Assembly (NCBI GenBank): GCA_965214925.1
Contig: OZ244028.1
Span: 3,863,009 to 3,927,008 of the forward strand
Origin: Candidatus Latescibacterota bacterium
GTDB lineage: Bacteria; Latescibacterota; UBA2968
Direction of reading: 5' to 3'
DNA length: 64,000 nucleotides
Numbering within the stretch: the first letter of the stretch is position 1; each line of letters begins with the position of its first letter. The notes below the pieces were generated by a model, which was not told where the DNA came from, did no database searches, and saw nothing but the letters and a program-made list of their open reading frames with translations. Positions 48,435 to 58,308 of the stretch are shown piece after piece. Both the position numbers and the translations under genes were made by a program.

Positions 48435-48726
48435 AAAGTGTTTTCCTGGTTGCCTTAGCGATTTGTTCTTTGATAAATGGATTTTGGATCTGATTTTCTT
48501 TGAGCAAATCTACCCTTCTCCCAAACAAGCTTTCCAACTCTCTTTTTAAGATCATAAAGCGTTTGAAGATATCCTCTGTGCTTTCAAACTCATAAAAAAA
48601 ATCGATATCGCTGGTCGCCGAATCAAAATCATCGCGCAATGAAGAGCCAAACACTTCCAAACGCTTGACTTCCAAACGCACACAGATTTCAGTTATTGCC
48701 TCGGTATAATGATCTAAATTTAGCAT
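48424..48726 (-). CDS. mntA: MNT-type nucleotidyltransferase antitoxin
   Basis: Minimal NTase motif FGSSLRDDF...SDIDF. Start at MLNLDHY with RBS AAGGAAAG. The track's longer N-terminal extension is unlikely. Confidence 0.8.
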   Translation of the reverse strand: MLNLDHYTEAITEICVRLEVKRLEVFGSSLRDDFDSATSDIDFFYEFESTEDIFKRFMILKRELESLFGRRVDLLKENQIQNPFIKEQIAKATRKTLYAA

Positions 48727-48876
48727 CTCATACTTTCCTTTTTTTGTCTGCGGAAATTTAATGCTTGCCCGCCCATGATAGCACACCGTGTGAAGAATCT
48801 GTTTTTTTTCGTATTCTCCAGGGCATCCTTTCAGGCTACATGTCATTTTGATCGGCCTCTTTGTGTGATCCATTTT

Positions 48877-49959
48877 TTATCCTCTTTGCCCACGCTGGCG
48901 CAAATAGTGATCCGCCAGGACAAGGGCTATCATGGCTTCGACAATGGGAACCGCGCGAGGTAGGACGCAGGGGTCGTGGCGACCGCGGCCTTTGAGGGTG
49001 GTGGGGTTGCCGTGGATATCGACGGTTTCTTGTTCGGGCAAAATCGTGGCGGTGGGTTTGAAGGCCGCGCGGATGACGATGGGTTCGCCGTTGGAGATGC
49101 CTCCCTGAATGCCGCCCGAATGATTCGTGCGCGTGTGAATGCTGCTGCCATCGTTGTAAAAGGGGTCGTTGTGTGCAGTGCCGGTCATGGCAGTGCCGCC
49201 AAAACCAGAACCGGACTCAAAGCCTTTGCACGCGGGCAAAGAGAGCATGGATTTGGCGAGGTCGGCTTCGAGTTTGTCAAAAATGGGTTCCCCCCAACCG
49301 GGGGGGACGCGATGGGCAATGGCTTCGACCACGCCGCCGAGAGAGTCCCCGTCTTTGCGCGCGGCATCGATGCGCCGAATGATTTGCTCGGCAATGTCGG
49401 GTTTGGGCACGCGGGCGATGTTCGACTCGACCTGTTCTCGGGTCACCGCGAGGGGGTCCACATTGGCAACGAGGGTGTGAACCTGGCGAACATACGCGAT
49501 AATGTTGATGTTGCAATCGCGTTTGAGCAATTTGCGCGCAACAGCACCTGCTGCAACGCGCCCGATTGTTTCGCGCGCACTGGCTCTGCCGCCGCCTTTC
49601 CAGTTGCGAATGCCGTATTTTTCCTGATAGGTATAGTCCGCGTGCGAGGGACGGTATTTGGTGCGTATTTCTTCATAGTCTTTGGCACGTGCATCCTTGT
49701 TCCACACCATCATCGAGATGGGCGTGCCCAGGGTGTGCCCTTCAAAGAGACCCGAATGGATTTCCACGCGGTCTTCTTCTTTGCGCTGCGTGGTGATTTT
49801 GCTCTGCCCCGGCCTGCGGCGGTCGAGTTCCACTTGGATGTCTGCTTCGCTGATCGCCAAACCGGGCGGGCATCCATCCAAGACAACGCCAACGCCGCCG
49901 CCGTGTGATTCTCCCCATGTGGTGATGCGAAATGCACGGCCATAAGTGCTGCTCATAAC
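48877..49959 (-). CDS. aroC: Chorismate synthase
   Basis: N-terminus [30 protein letters not shown] and the conserved RPGH/SARE motifs. Confidence 0.9.
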   Translation of the reverse strand, partial: VMSSTYGRAFRITTWGESHGGGVGVVLDGCPPGLAISEADIQVELDRRRPGQSKITTQRKEEDRVEIHSGLFEGHTLGTPISMMVWNKDARAKDYEEIRTKYRPSHADYTYQEKYGIRNWKGGGRASARETIGRVAAGAVARKLLKRDCNINIIAYVRQVHTLVANVDPLAVTREQVESNIARVPKPDIAEQIIRRIDAARKDGDSLGGVVEAIAHRVPPGWGEPIFDKLEADLAKSMLSLPACKGFESGSGFGGTAMTGTAHNDPFYNDGSSIHTRTNHSGGIQGGISNGEPIVIRAAFKPTATILPEQETVDIHGNPTTLKGRGRHDPCVLPRAVPIVEAMIALVLADHYLRQRGQRG

Positions 49960-50055
49960 AAGCTCCTTTTTGCACAAAAAGTCCCGATTTTGGCCGATTT
50001 TTGTGCAAAGCCGACGAAAAATGTGATAGAGGATGCAGCAAGCACTGTTGAGCCA

Positions 50056-50702
50056 CTAGATGTTGTCGGCGTGAGGCCACACCCTCATCGCGGCCCGGCA
50101 GAGCCGTTTGGCGCGCGCTGCAATCGCCTCTTCGTCCCATATCTCTGGCGCATCGTCTATCAGGATCTTGTTGAGGAAAAGGACACTGTGCTCACCAAGC
50201 ACCGCCCGTTTGTCTTCCCATGCAGCGTTGGAGAGGGTTGGGTTGAGTCGATTGTTCACAAGGGTCAGATTGCCTATTGAGTGAATGAGGTTATCGCGGT
50301 TGCGCTCCCACTCTGTCTCCGTGTCGTCTTCAACTTCGGCGGGCGGTGCCCAGTATTGCCGCCACTGCTGAGGCATGATGTGCTCGATCGTCAGGTTGGG
50401 TGCACGCACGGACTGATATTCCGCTTTTTCCGTCCGCAACTCTTCCTCTATACCTTCAAGGACAATTCGCAGGCGTCCCTGCGTCAACAGCCTGTATAGG
50501 GGCTCGCTCCTGAAGGCTTGCTCCAGCTGTTGGTCGTCTGGCCACAGACGATATCTGGCCGTCTGGCCACTGAGATAGTTGATTATGGTATCACCGGCGT
50601 GGGTTGCACCTGATTCCAAATATATGGACGCTGAAACTGTGGAATCTCGTAGCGCACAGGCTGGGCGAAAAGCTTTTGCAAATTCAAAATGTTGACATCC
50701 AT
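50056..50702 (-). pseudogene. GmrSD-family (DUF262 + DUF1524) type IV restriction-like gene remnant
   Basis: Minus-strand ATG at 50702 (RBS AAGAGG) encodes MDVNILNLQKLFAQPVRYEIPQFQRPYIWNQ, the DUF262 hallmark, then stops. The track ORF 50056..50619 in another frame carries the DUF1524 His-Me finger motifs IEHIMPQ and NLTLVNNRLNPTLSN. Most of the DUF262 domain is missing. Confidence 0.55.
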
Positions 50703-51016
50703 ATTATTGCCTCTTTTTATTTTTAATAATGCGAATTAAGAGTTACGAGCAACTTTCCCCTCCTAGACGCCTGCTTTGACGCGCATCCGCATCCCTCGTC
50801 ATTGCGGCATGCTTAAAGCCGCAATCCCGTTGTCTTTTCGTCATGACTATCGGTGAGCCCACGGCATGCCGGATTTCAAAAATAGTTTTGACAAAAAAGT
50901 GTAGTTCAAGCAGATTGGATGTTGAATATTCCAATTGAGGTACCCGCAACGCGCGAGATGACACCATGATAATCGCAGACAAAATACTCAATCGCATCCC
51001 AATTTCCAAACCCCAA

Positions 51017-51526
51017 ATGAGAATCGCAACATATAAGTTGATACCCCCCATCCTCTTTTTGATTTTTCTGGCGTGTGTGCCCGAACCGCCCGAAGCCCCC
51101 GGCCGCGTGATGGAAAGACCTGAATTTGAACAGTTTGCGGTTCCCGAGTACCAAATTTACAAAGACAAACCGCGTCCCGTCAATCTCGTGAGCCATCCGC
51201 GCGCGATTCGATTTAAGGACCGCTTAATTCAAGGTGCTCAAATCGGGCCCAATTTTGCCGGGGATCAAACCATTGTGCGGTGGTTTTGCGGCGAGGAATG
51301 CCAGCAACTCGCGGTCATTGACGTGAGAATGGGCAGTGTGATCTTTGCCCCTTTTGTCACGCACTTGGGCTTTCGCTTTCGCCTAGACAGCAAACTCCTG
51401 ATCGTCAATCCACCCGAAGCCGTTGAACGGGCCGCCCGAGCAGGCAAATCCAAATCGCACTATCGCACGGCGTATTACGTCTGGCACTACGGCGAATTTG
51501 TCGAAATCTATGCGATTGAGAATTGA
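51017..51526 (+). CDS. Hypothetical lipoprotein
   Basis: Lipobox-like LFLIFLACVPEP after MRIATYKLIPPI. No known domain recognised. Confidence 0.5.
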   Translation: MRIATYKLIPPILFLIFLACVPEPPEAPGRVMERPEFEQFAVPEYQIYKDKPRPVNLVSHPRAIRFKDRLIQGAQIGPNFAGDQTIVRWFCGEECQQLAVIDVRMGSVIFAPFVTHLGFRFRLDSKLLIVNPPEAVERAARAGKSKSHYRTAYYVWHYGEFVEIYAIEN

Positions 51527-51571
51527 AATCGCATAGCCCCGCGCGGGGTTGGGGGTCAGACTCAAAAAACC

Positions 51572-51608
51572 AAAAGGCCATCTCGCAGTGGAGATGGCCT
51601 TTTCAATT
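51572..51608. terminator. Bidirectional rho-independent terminator between convergent genes
   Basis: AAAAGGCCATCTC-gcagtg-GAGATGGCCTTTT with flanking A/T runs on both sides. Confidence 0.65.
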
Positions 51609-51654
51609 GCCTAGAGACTAAATACAATCCCTTCAGCACATGCAGTGTTCCGCG

Positions 51655-52212
51655 TCAAACTTCCATAATTTCTTCTTCTTTTTTTTTCAGTACCTCATCA
51701 ATTTTTGCGACAAACTCGTCGGTCAAATCCTGCACGCGCCCTGTTGCGCGCCGGGCATCGTCTTCGGGAATCTCGCCTTCTTTTTGGGCATCTCGAAGGA
51801 GTTCATTGGCATCGCGGCGGGTATTGCGTACTGAAACGCGGCTTTCTTCGGCATATTGCTTCACCACCCGCACCAGTTCTCGCCTGCGTTCTTCGGTCAA
51901 CTGAGGGATGGGCAACCGAATAATTGTGCCGTCGTTGGATGGCGTCAATCCCAAATTCGATTCCTGAATCGCTTTTTCAATCAATGGGATCGCCGACTTA
52001 TCCCAGGGTTGAATCGCGATCAAACGCGGTTCTGGCACGCCCACGGTGGCGACTTGATTGATCGGTACCTGCGCGCCGTAATATTCAACCCGAATTTGAT
52101 CCAGCAAATGCGCGTTCGCCCGCCCAGTTCGCACCGTCGCCATCTCGTTTTGCAAGGCACTTACAGATTTTTGCATGGACACTCGTGCTTCAGCCATAAT
52201 ATCATCTATCAC
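51655..52212 (-). CDS. frr: Ribosome recycling factor
   Basis: Full-length RRF with conserved VRTGRANAHLLD and PIPQLTEERRREL. Confidence 0.9.
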   Translation of the reverse strand: MIDDIMAEARVSMQKSVSALQNEMATVRTGRANAHLLDQIRVEYYGAQVPINQVATVGVPEPRLIAIQPWDKSAIPLIEKAIQESNLGLTPSNDGTIIRLPIPQLTEERRRELVRVVKQYAEESRVSVRNTRRDANELLRDAQKEGEIPEDDARRATGRVQDLTDEFVAKIDEVLKKKEEEIMEV

Positions 52213-52242
52213 TGCCCACCTCCTCTGGGCGTTTGGAGACGC

Positions 52243-52842
52243 TCAACTGTTTTCGCCCAAGACAAAACGGGTGAATCGACGAATGGTGATGTTTTCGCCG
52301 CACTTGGCTACCAGTTCCGAGTGCAAATCCCGAATGGTTTTGTTCGGATCTTTTACAAAAGCCTGTTCCATCAAGACCACCTCTTGATAGTACTTTTCAA
52401 CACGGCCATCTACGATTCGGTCGACGATATGCTCGGGTTTGCCTTCGCCTAGGGCCTGCTCGCGATAAATATTCTTTTCTTTTTTCAGGATTTTGGGATC
52501 CAAATCCTCGCGGTTCACAACGAGAGGGGCAGCAGCGGCAATATGCATGGCAATGTCTTTTGAAAACGCTTGAAATTCATCGGTGCGCGCCACAAAGTCG
52601 GTCTCGCTGTTGATCTCGAGCAAAACACCCAATTGGTTTCCCGCATGGATATAAGACGCTATCGCCCCTTCTTTGGCCTGACGCCCCGCCCTGCTTTCGG
52701 CTTTGGCAATGCCCCGTTTACGCAACAACTCAACGGCCTGATCCACGTCGCCGCTCGCCTCTTCGAGTGCCCGTTTACAATCCATCATGCCCACATTGGT
52801 TCTGGCGCGCAACTCCTGAACCATTTTTGCAGAAATTGCCAT
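52243..52842 (-). CDS. tsf: Elongation factor Ts (short form)
   Basis: VQELRARTNVGMMDCKRAL UBA-like N-terminus and a coiled-coil dimerisation region. Start at MAISAK. Confidence 0.9.
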   Translation of the reverse strand: MAISAKMVQELRARTNVGMMDCKRALEEASGDVDQAVELLRKRGIAKAESRAGRQAKEGAIASYIHAGNQLGVLLEINSETDFVARTDEFQAFSKDIAMHIAAAAPLVVNREDLDPKILKKEKNIYREQALGEGKPEHIVDRIVDGRVEKYYQEVVLMEQAFVKDPNKTIRDLHSELVAKCGENITIRRFTRFVLGENS

Positions 52843-52859
52843 TTCAGTCTCCATCTTTT

Positions 52860-53618
52860 TTAATTTTTCCTGGGATCGATTTCCGTAATCTCAGGGCCTG
52901 CGGTTGGCGCAGAGCCTTCCTCCCGTTCGTCCTGCCGGGCAGTTGTACCTTCGACCACAGCCTCGGCCATCAAATTCGTAATGAGCGCGATGGACCGCAT
53001 CGCATCATCATTGCCCGGAATGGGATGGTCAACTTCATCTGGATCGCTGTTGGTATCGACAATCGCCACGAGCGGAATTTCCAAGCGGCGGGCTTCGGCG
53101 ACTGCGATTTTTTCCTTTTTCGTATCCACGACATAGACGAGCCCTGGCAAACGCCCCATGCTGCGGATGCCGCCCAGGGATTTTTGCAACTTCTCGCGCT
53201 CGCGCTCCAAGCGCAACACTTCCTTTTTGGTCAACTGCTGGTACGTGCCATCGCCGGCCATTTTATCCAGCGTGTCCAGCCGGCGGATGCTCTGGCGAAT
53301 GGTCTGAAAATTTGTCAGCATGCCACCCAACCAGCGATTGTTGACATAGAACATGTCGCAGCGTTCAGCCGCGTCTACAATGATGTCTTTGGCCTGTTTC
53401 TTCGTGCCAACAAAAAGAATCGGTTGACCCATTTCTGCAGCCTTGCGGACGACGTAATATGCCGTTTCAATTTGCGCCTGCGTCTTTTGCAAATCGACAA
53501 TGTAAATCCCATTGCGCTCGGTAAAAATGTACTTCTTCATCTTTGGGTTCCACCGTCGGGTTTGATGCCCGAAATGAACCCCAGATTCGAGCAGTTGCCT
53601 CATTGAAACAACGGCCAT
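52860..53618 (-). CDS. rpsB: 30S ribosomal protein S2
   Basis: [37 protein letters not shown]. The track's longer ORF is unlikely. Confidence 0.9.
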   Translation of the reverse strand: MAVVSMRQLLESGVHFGHQTRRWNPKMKKYIFTERNGIYIVDLQKTQAQIETAYYVVRKAAEMGQPILFVGTKKQAKDIIVDAAERCDMFYVNNRWLGGMLTNFQTIRQSIRRLDTLDKMAGDGTYQQLTKKEVLRLEREREKLQKSLGGIRSMGRLPGLVYVVDTKKEKIAVAEARRLEIPLVAIVDTNSDPDEVDHPIPGNDDAMRSIALITNLMAEAVVEGTTARQDEREEGSAPTAGPEITEIDPRKN

Positions 53619-53856
53619 GTCACCTCCATTGGGTTTGTCCTCTGCATCCCTCACCTTGCCGCCCGTTGGCACCCATGAAGCAATTGGGATGCATGTGATA
53701 TATAGATGCGATACGCGATTGCGGAGGTCCTAATTCTTTTTTTCCGTCACACCTGCCAAAGTAAGCGTCCAATCCCATGCCGGTCTGGATTACTGCGTTG
53801 TGCCTGCGCGCCGGAATGACTTTTCAGACAGCCTAAATCGCTATTGATACGCGGGT

Positions 53857-54253
53857 TTAACGTTTGGAAAACTGGAATTTTTTGCGCGCGCCGGGCTGGC
53901 CGGGTTTTTTGCGCTCGACTTTGCGCGGGTCGCGGGTGAGCAACCCCGCATCGCGCAGGGGTTTGTGATTGGCCGTGTTCACCCGCTGCAAACCGCGCGC
54001 AATGCCCAATCGCACGGCGCCAGCCTGACCGGTTAAACCGCCCCCCTTTGCTCTGGCGACAATATCGTACGTCCCTTTGGTATCGGTCACATCTAAGGGC
54101 TGTTCGATAATCATCACGAGGGTCTCACGCTTGAGATAATTGAGCGCGGAAAGCCCATTGATGATAACCTTTCCCGTTCCAGAAAAGAGTTTTACGTGTG
54201 CTGTCGATGTCTTGCGACGTCCCGTCGCATAACTCAGTGGTTCAACTGCCAAA
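53857..54253 (-). CDS. rpsI: 30S ribosomal protein S9
   Basis: YATGRRKTSTAHV...KFQFSKR. Probable TTG start 5 nt after GAGGAGGTG. The track's ATG-started ORF would overlap rplM by 56 nt. Confidence 0.85.
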
Positions 54254-54265
54254 CAATCACCTCCT

Positions 54266-54697
54266 CTACAAATCAATAGGCTCAGGAGACTGAGCTTGGT
54301 GTGGGTGTTCTGGCCCGGCATAAATCCGGACTTTTTTGATCATCTGTCGCCCCAATCTGTTGTGGGGCAACATGCCACGAATCGCGTGCTCGAGTACAAA
54401 TGCAGGTCGCTTTTCGAGCGCATCTTCCAGCGTTTGCTTCTTAAGCCCGCTGGGATACCCACTGTAGCTCGTATAAACCTTCTTCTTGGTTTTGTTATTG
54501 CCTTTGACCTGAATTTTTTCGGCATTTACAATCACCACATGATCCCCCATGTCGATGTGGGGGGTATAAAAGGGCTTGTGTTTGCCGCGCAAAATCCGAG
54601 CCACGCCACTGGCAAATCGCCCCAGCACCTTGCCTTCTGCATCCGCGACATACCAGACTTGCTCGACATCACCTTTTTTGGCACTCGGTGTCATCAT
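54266..54697 (-). CDS. rplM: 50S ribosomal protein L13
   Basis: VWYVADAEGKVLGRFASGVARILRGKHKPFYTPHIDMGDHVVIVNAEK. Confidence 0.9.
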   Translation of the reverse strand: MMTPSAKKGDVEQVWYVADAEGKVLGRFASGVARILRGKHKPFYTPHIDMGDHVVIVNAEKIQVKGNNKTKKKVYTSYSGYPSGLKKQTLEDALEKRPAFVLEHAIRGMLPHNRLGRQMIKKVRIYAGPEHPHQAQSPEPIDL

Positions 54698-55396
54698 GGT
54701 CTCAATTCCTCTCCAATTTTTGAAATCTCAAGCCATTTAAGCCCTTGAAGGTACAGCATAATCCGGTTTTGTCAAGTTAGAAAGCCCACAAAAAAGCGCC
54801 GCACGACGGATGTCGAAAAATCGGCCCATCTCCGTGCGGCGCATCGTCTGACGGATGTTTCTGCCTCGCGATGGTCAAAAAATCGCCGATGTGGCAGATA
54901 ACAAACCGCTCGATGGCTGTGTTGGATTGCCAGGTGCGCTACCATTCAAGATGCTGTTTCCGCTCCTGGCAGGCGCACCTAACGACAGCCACCTCCACTG
55001 GTCATGTCACTCATTCGACCACCTCCTTTCTCGTGTGACTCCAATATAGCGCATACAAAAGCGAAAGTCAACCCATGAAAGGCGAGACGTCTGGGCGCGA
55101 CAGACTCTGTTCGTCAGGCTATATATCCTTTGTCGTTGCATCATGCCCGCCACAGAACACCCAGCACATCGGGCAGCCTGTGAGGATACACAATGACAAC
55201 CAAAACAAAGACAGATGCAGTTGCAAATATCGTCAGCGAAACCCTGGCCCAACGCTTTGAGGACAAATTTGTGTTCGACCCGATTATCGTAGAACCTGAA
55301 ATAGATCGCGATGCCGAGGAGTACCTATGCATCTCTGATGAGAAAATCCGAACTGCGAGAACCCGTGACTACCATGTTCATCAGCAGCACGCTCCT

Positions 55397-56272
55397 TCAT
55401 CTCCTCCTTTTAAGCCGCGTCTGTGCCTTTTGCAGTAAATCTCTTGGATCTATTTTGGAGTGTGTTTCAATCATCTTTGACCTTGTATTTTGTGAGGAGC
55501 GTTTCTCTCGTTTGTCGGTACTGTCCAATTGTGACAATGAAGCATCTTTCAATAAAAGGTCCAAAACGCGATGTGCTTGTTTGCGTTTCAACAACCCTCT
55601 ACTTACGACTATTTGTGCATCAATGCCCAAAAGACAATCCAAACAGGCAGTCTCACAATGGTTATGATGTTCCTGGTTGACATAAAGAACGCGCAACGCT
55701 TCTTCAAGCCCTAAACGACCTAGCCCTAACAATTCTCGAACATGACCAGCACCACCGGCGACATTGTCATAAAGTACAACACCCCATCCAGAGCCATTCT
55801 TGCCAGTCGGTATAGTCATCACGCCAAGTTCACGTGTATCCAGTTCAAGCACCTGAACTCCTGCTCTTTGCAATGCATATCCCAACGTTGTAATCAAAGC
55901 AAGGTCCCGTGCCTGAGCATCTAGACATCCCACAAAATCAACCATCAATACATCCGTAATTTCACGAGCCGCTAACACTTGCCTTCGGAGAATATGGGAT
56001 TCTCCATCATGCCAGCAACGACTCCAAGGGTTTGAAGAATGTAAAGGCGCATGGTTGACAAAATTAGGGGGAAGGTTCTGAATGCCATTGCCGTAACCCG
56101 TTTCACTTTCGGCAAAACCACACTTGAGACAAATAGCAAATCCTCGGTGGTTTTCGCCTTTATTGTACACCAATATTTCCCCATCTTCCTGATAGTAACA
56201 AGTCAACCCTCGTATATCTCCCAAATTTTCGACGGATATATTTGCCTCATTGCGACCCTGTAAAAACGCCAT
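55397..56272 (-). CDS. DUF1998-like zinc-ribbon protein (MrfA/DrmB-type C-terminal module) as a separate ORF
   Basis: Cys clusters CLKCGF and HHNHCETACLDC. It lies immediately downstream of the SF2 helicase. AT-rich. Confidence 0.45.
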   Translation of the reverse strand: MAFLQGRNEANISVENLGDIRGLTCYYQEDGEILVYNKGENHRGFAICLKCGFAESETGYGNGIQNLPPNFVNHAPLHSSNPWSRCWHDGESHILRRQVLAAREITDVLMVDFVGCLDAQARDLALITTLGYALQRAGVQVLELDTRELGVMTIPTGKNGSGWGVVLYDNVAGGAGHVRELLGLGRLGLEEALRVLYVNQEHHNHCETACLDCLLGIDAQIVVSRGLLKRKQAHRVLDLLLKDASLSQLDSTDKREKRSSQNTRSKMIETHSKIDPRDLLQKAQTRLKRRR

Positions 56273-56301
56273 GGTAGCTGTCTCAACAGAACCAATGCGT
56301 T

Positions 56302-58308
56302 CTACATCGGTGCTAAATTAATGGGAAAGCCATAATGAGGCAAAAATTGCCGATCAGCCAAACCCTCAATAACCGTAATTGCATGCAGAGCGCGCAATTG
56401 ATAATGAATTGCGTTAGCCTGTGCCTGCTGTTCTTCTCCAGTCGTACGCCAACTTGACAGTAAATTCTCATATTCTTCGCGCCAACTGTAAATGCCCTCG
56501 CGAAAACCATCAATGGAATGTTGTAAAAAGCTGTGCCAATCCTCTAATTCTTTCAACAACTGGGTTTCACGCAACAAGATCTCAATCGCATTACCCAGTA
56601 CCTCTTGTCCCTTGTCTCGTACCCAATTCATATAGCTTAAAAACTGTGTCTCCAGACCAGGTACCTCCGACTCGGGATTCCACCAAGGCAAATCAAGCTG
56701 ATATTCCGATGCAATAGGTGTTTGAATACTCGGTTTGGGATCTCCCTTCTTCCAGTATGCCACCTTTGGCACACCACAAAAATTGCCCATGTTGCCAAAT
56801 GCGTTCATTGCTCTCACATGTTGATCTTCAGGATAAATGGCCCGGAAAAATTCTCCGAGTAAAAAGGAGTGAAAATGACGCTTCACGACCCGATTGCGAT
56901 CGAGAAAGACCAAAGGTTTGCGTAAAGGACGCTCAAGGTAGTCGCCAACGCGATTGAAAACTTCTCGATCATAGGGCTGTGGTCGGGCATAGGTTATCAC
57001 AGCAGAAGAGCCATCAGACCGACGGCCGGCACGGCCGGCACGCTGTAAATAGTTGGCCTTTCCTGGCGGCACATTGCTCATTAAAACCGCGTTCAAACCG
57101 CCAATGTCAATGCCCAATTCCAGGGTCGTTGTCGCACTCAAAATATTGCGAATGCCATATTTGAAAAGGTCCTGTAATCGCCTATTTTCATGGGGCGATA
57201 ACTGTGCACTGTGTTCTTCTGCCCACAACCCCATCTGAAAAACTTCTGAATTGCGATACTCGCGCCGCTGCCGCCCGACGCGAGCATCTTTGTCCAGTTC
57301 GTCATCTGATATGGGTCTTAACGTGCGATTACAACCCAATTCGGGCGCACAGTTCAAGATGCTACGATACCAGAGGTGTCCCGTCTTTTCACAGCGATAG
57401 AGATCGGCGGGACGCCGCAGGCCCAAATGGTCAAAAACCAACTGAATGGCATCTTGTGTTGGTCCAGTGCCAGACTGTCTTATGTGGTACTGAAGCCAGG
57501 GCAATTCTCCATCCGAAGGTTTTTGCCCCGCAAGATGCGCCGCTTTCATCAACTGCCCAAATGCCATTCTGAGCATCCGACCAGCCAAGTCTTCTATGTC
57601 ATCTGAAACACCGCAGGCCCTCAATACCTGGGCGGCAAACCACAATCTGCGTTGCCGCAGAGATTGTCCCACGAAACTAACCAATCGGTTGCCAGATGTT
57701 TGTTCTGCACACCAATAGCCTATATAGGGCACATCAAACGAACCATTTTTCAAGGCACCTGAATCTTCAAGCGCAATAATCCCATTGGATCTAAGCGTGT
57801 CACACAATGCTTTAAGGAAATCTCCCCATACCCTAATCAGTTGATCTCGAACCTTCTCATAGGGCAAAATACCAAGTAATTGATTGGGCACTTTCAATTC
57901 ATCAATCCCGGGATAGGTCACTTCAATTAGACCGAGGTTTTCCAATGAATTGAAGCCGCGATAGGTACGGGCAAATTCGCATGCCAAATACGATCTAGCA
58001 TGCCGCTTCACTTGTTCATGATTCTTTTCCCATTCTTGTTGCCCCCAAATTTGTCCATCTTTTTCAGGCAGGTGATGAGAGGCTGACGCGCGGTCCAGCA
58101 ATTCTGATAGGAGGAGTTGACGAGCCAGTTTTTTACACCAGTCATCAATAGAACCACCTGCGGCTGCGCTTTGTGCCTGTAATCTCCAAATTTGCAGGGT
58201 GTTTTCGATTATGTGCCTTAACCCAGGATCAAGATCAGGATTTTCAAGTTGCTTTTCTTGTTCCCTGATCATTTTCTCAATGCCAGCAACCGTTTCTTCT
58301 CCTCCCAA
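56302..58308 (-). CDS. SF2 DEAH helicase, C-terminal part (RecA-like domain 2 plus large insertion and C-terminal domain)
   Basis: Helicase motif V/VI: ILSATTTLELGIDIGGL and YLQRAGRAGRR. The frame remains open upstream of the track's TTG start, which suggests a 1-nt frameshift relative to the upstream ORF. Confidence 0.65.
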   Translation of the reverse strand: MGGEETVAGIEKMIREQEKQLENPDLDPGLRHIIENTLQIWRLQAQSAAAGGSIDDWCKKLARQLLLSELLDRASASHHLPEKDGQIWGQQEWEKNHEQVKRHARSYLACEFARTYRGFNSLENLGLIEVTYPGIDELKVPNQLLGILPYEKVRDQLIRVWGDFLKALCDTLRSNGIIALEDSGALKNGSFDVPYIGYWCAEQTSGNRLVSFVGQSLRQRRLWFAAQVLRACGVSDDIEDLAGRMLRMAFGQLMKAAHLAGQKPSDGELPWLQYHIRQSGTGPTQDAIQLVFDHLGLRRPADLYRCEKTGHLWYRSILNCAPELGCNRTLRPISDDELDKDARVGRQRREYRNSEVFQMGLWAEEHSAQLSPHENRRLQDLFKYGIRNILSATTTLELGIDIGGLNAVLMSNVPPGKANYLQRAGRAGRRSDGSSAVITYARPQPYDREVFNRVGDYLERPLRKPLVFLDRNRVVKRHFHSFLLGEFFRAIYPEDQHVRAMNAFGNMGNFCGVPKVAYWKKGDPKPSIQTPIASEYQLDLPWWNPESEVPGLETQFLSYMNWVRDKGQEVLGNAIEILLRETQLLKELEDWHSFLQHSIDGFREGIYSWREEYENLLSSWRTTGEEQQAQANAIHYQLRALHAITVIEGLADRQFLPHYGFPINLAPM

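Noticed and set aside
48976-49908. 310-aa plus-strand ORF
   Set aside because: Antisense to aroC.
55193-55438. 81-aa plus-strand ORF at the island edge with a GAGGAT RBS
   Set aside because: No homology cues and it overlaps the 3' end of the DUF1998-like gene. Retained only as a remote possibility.
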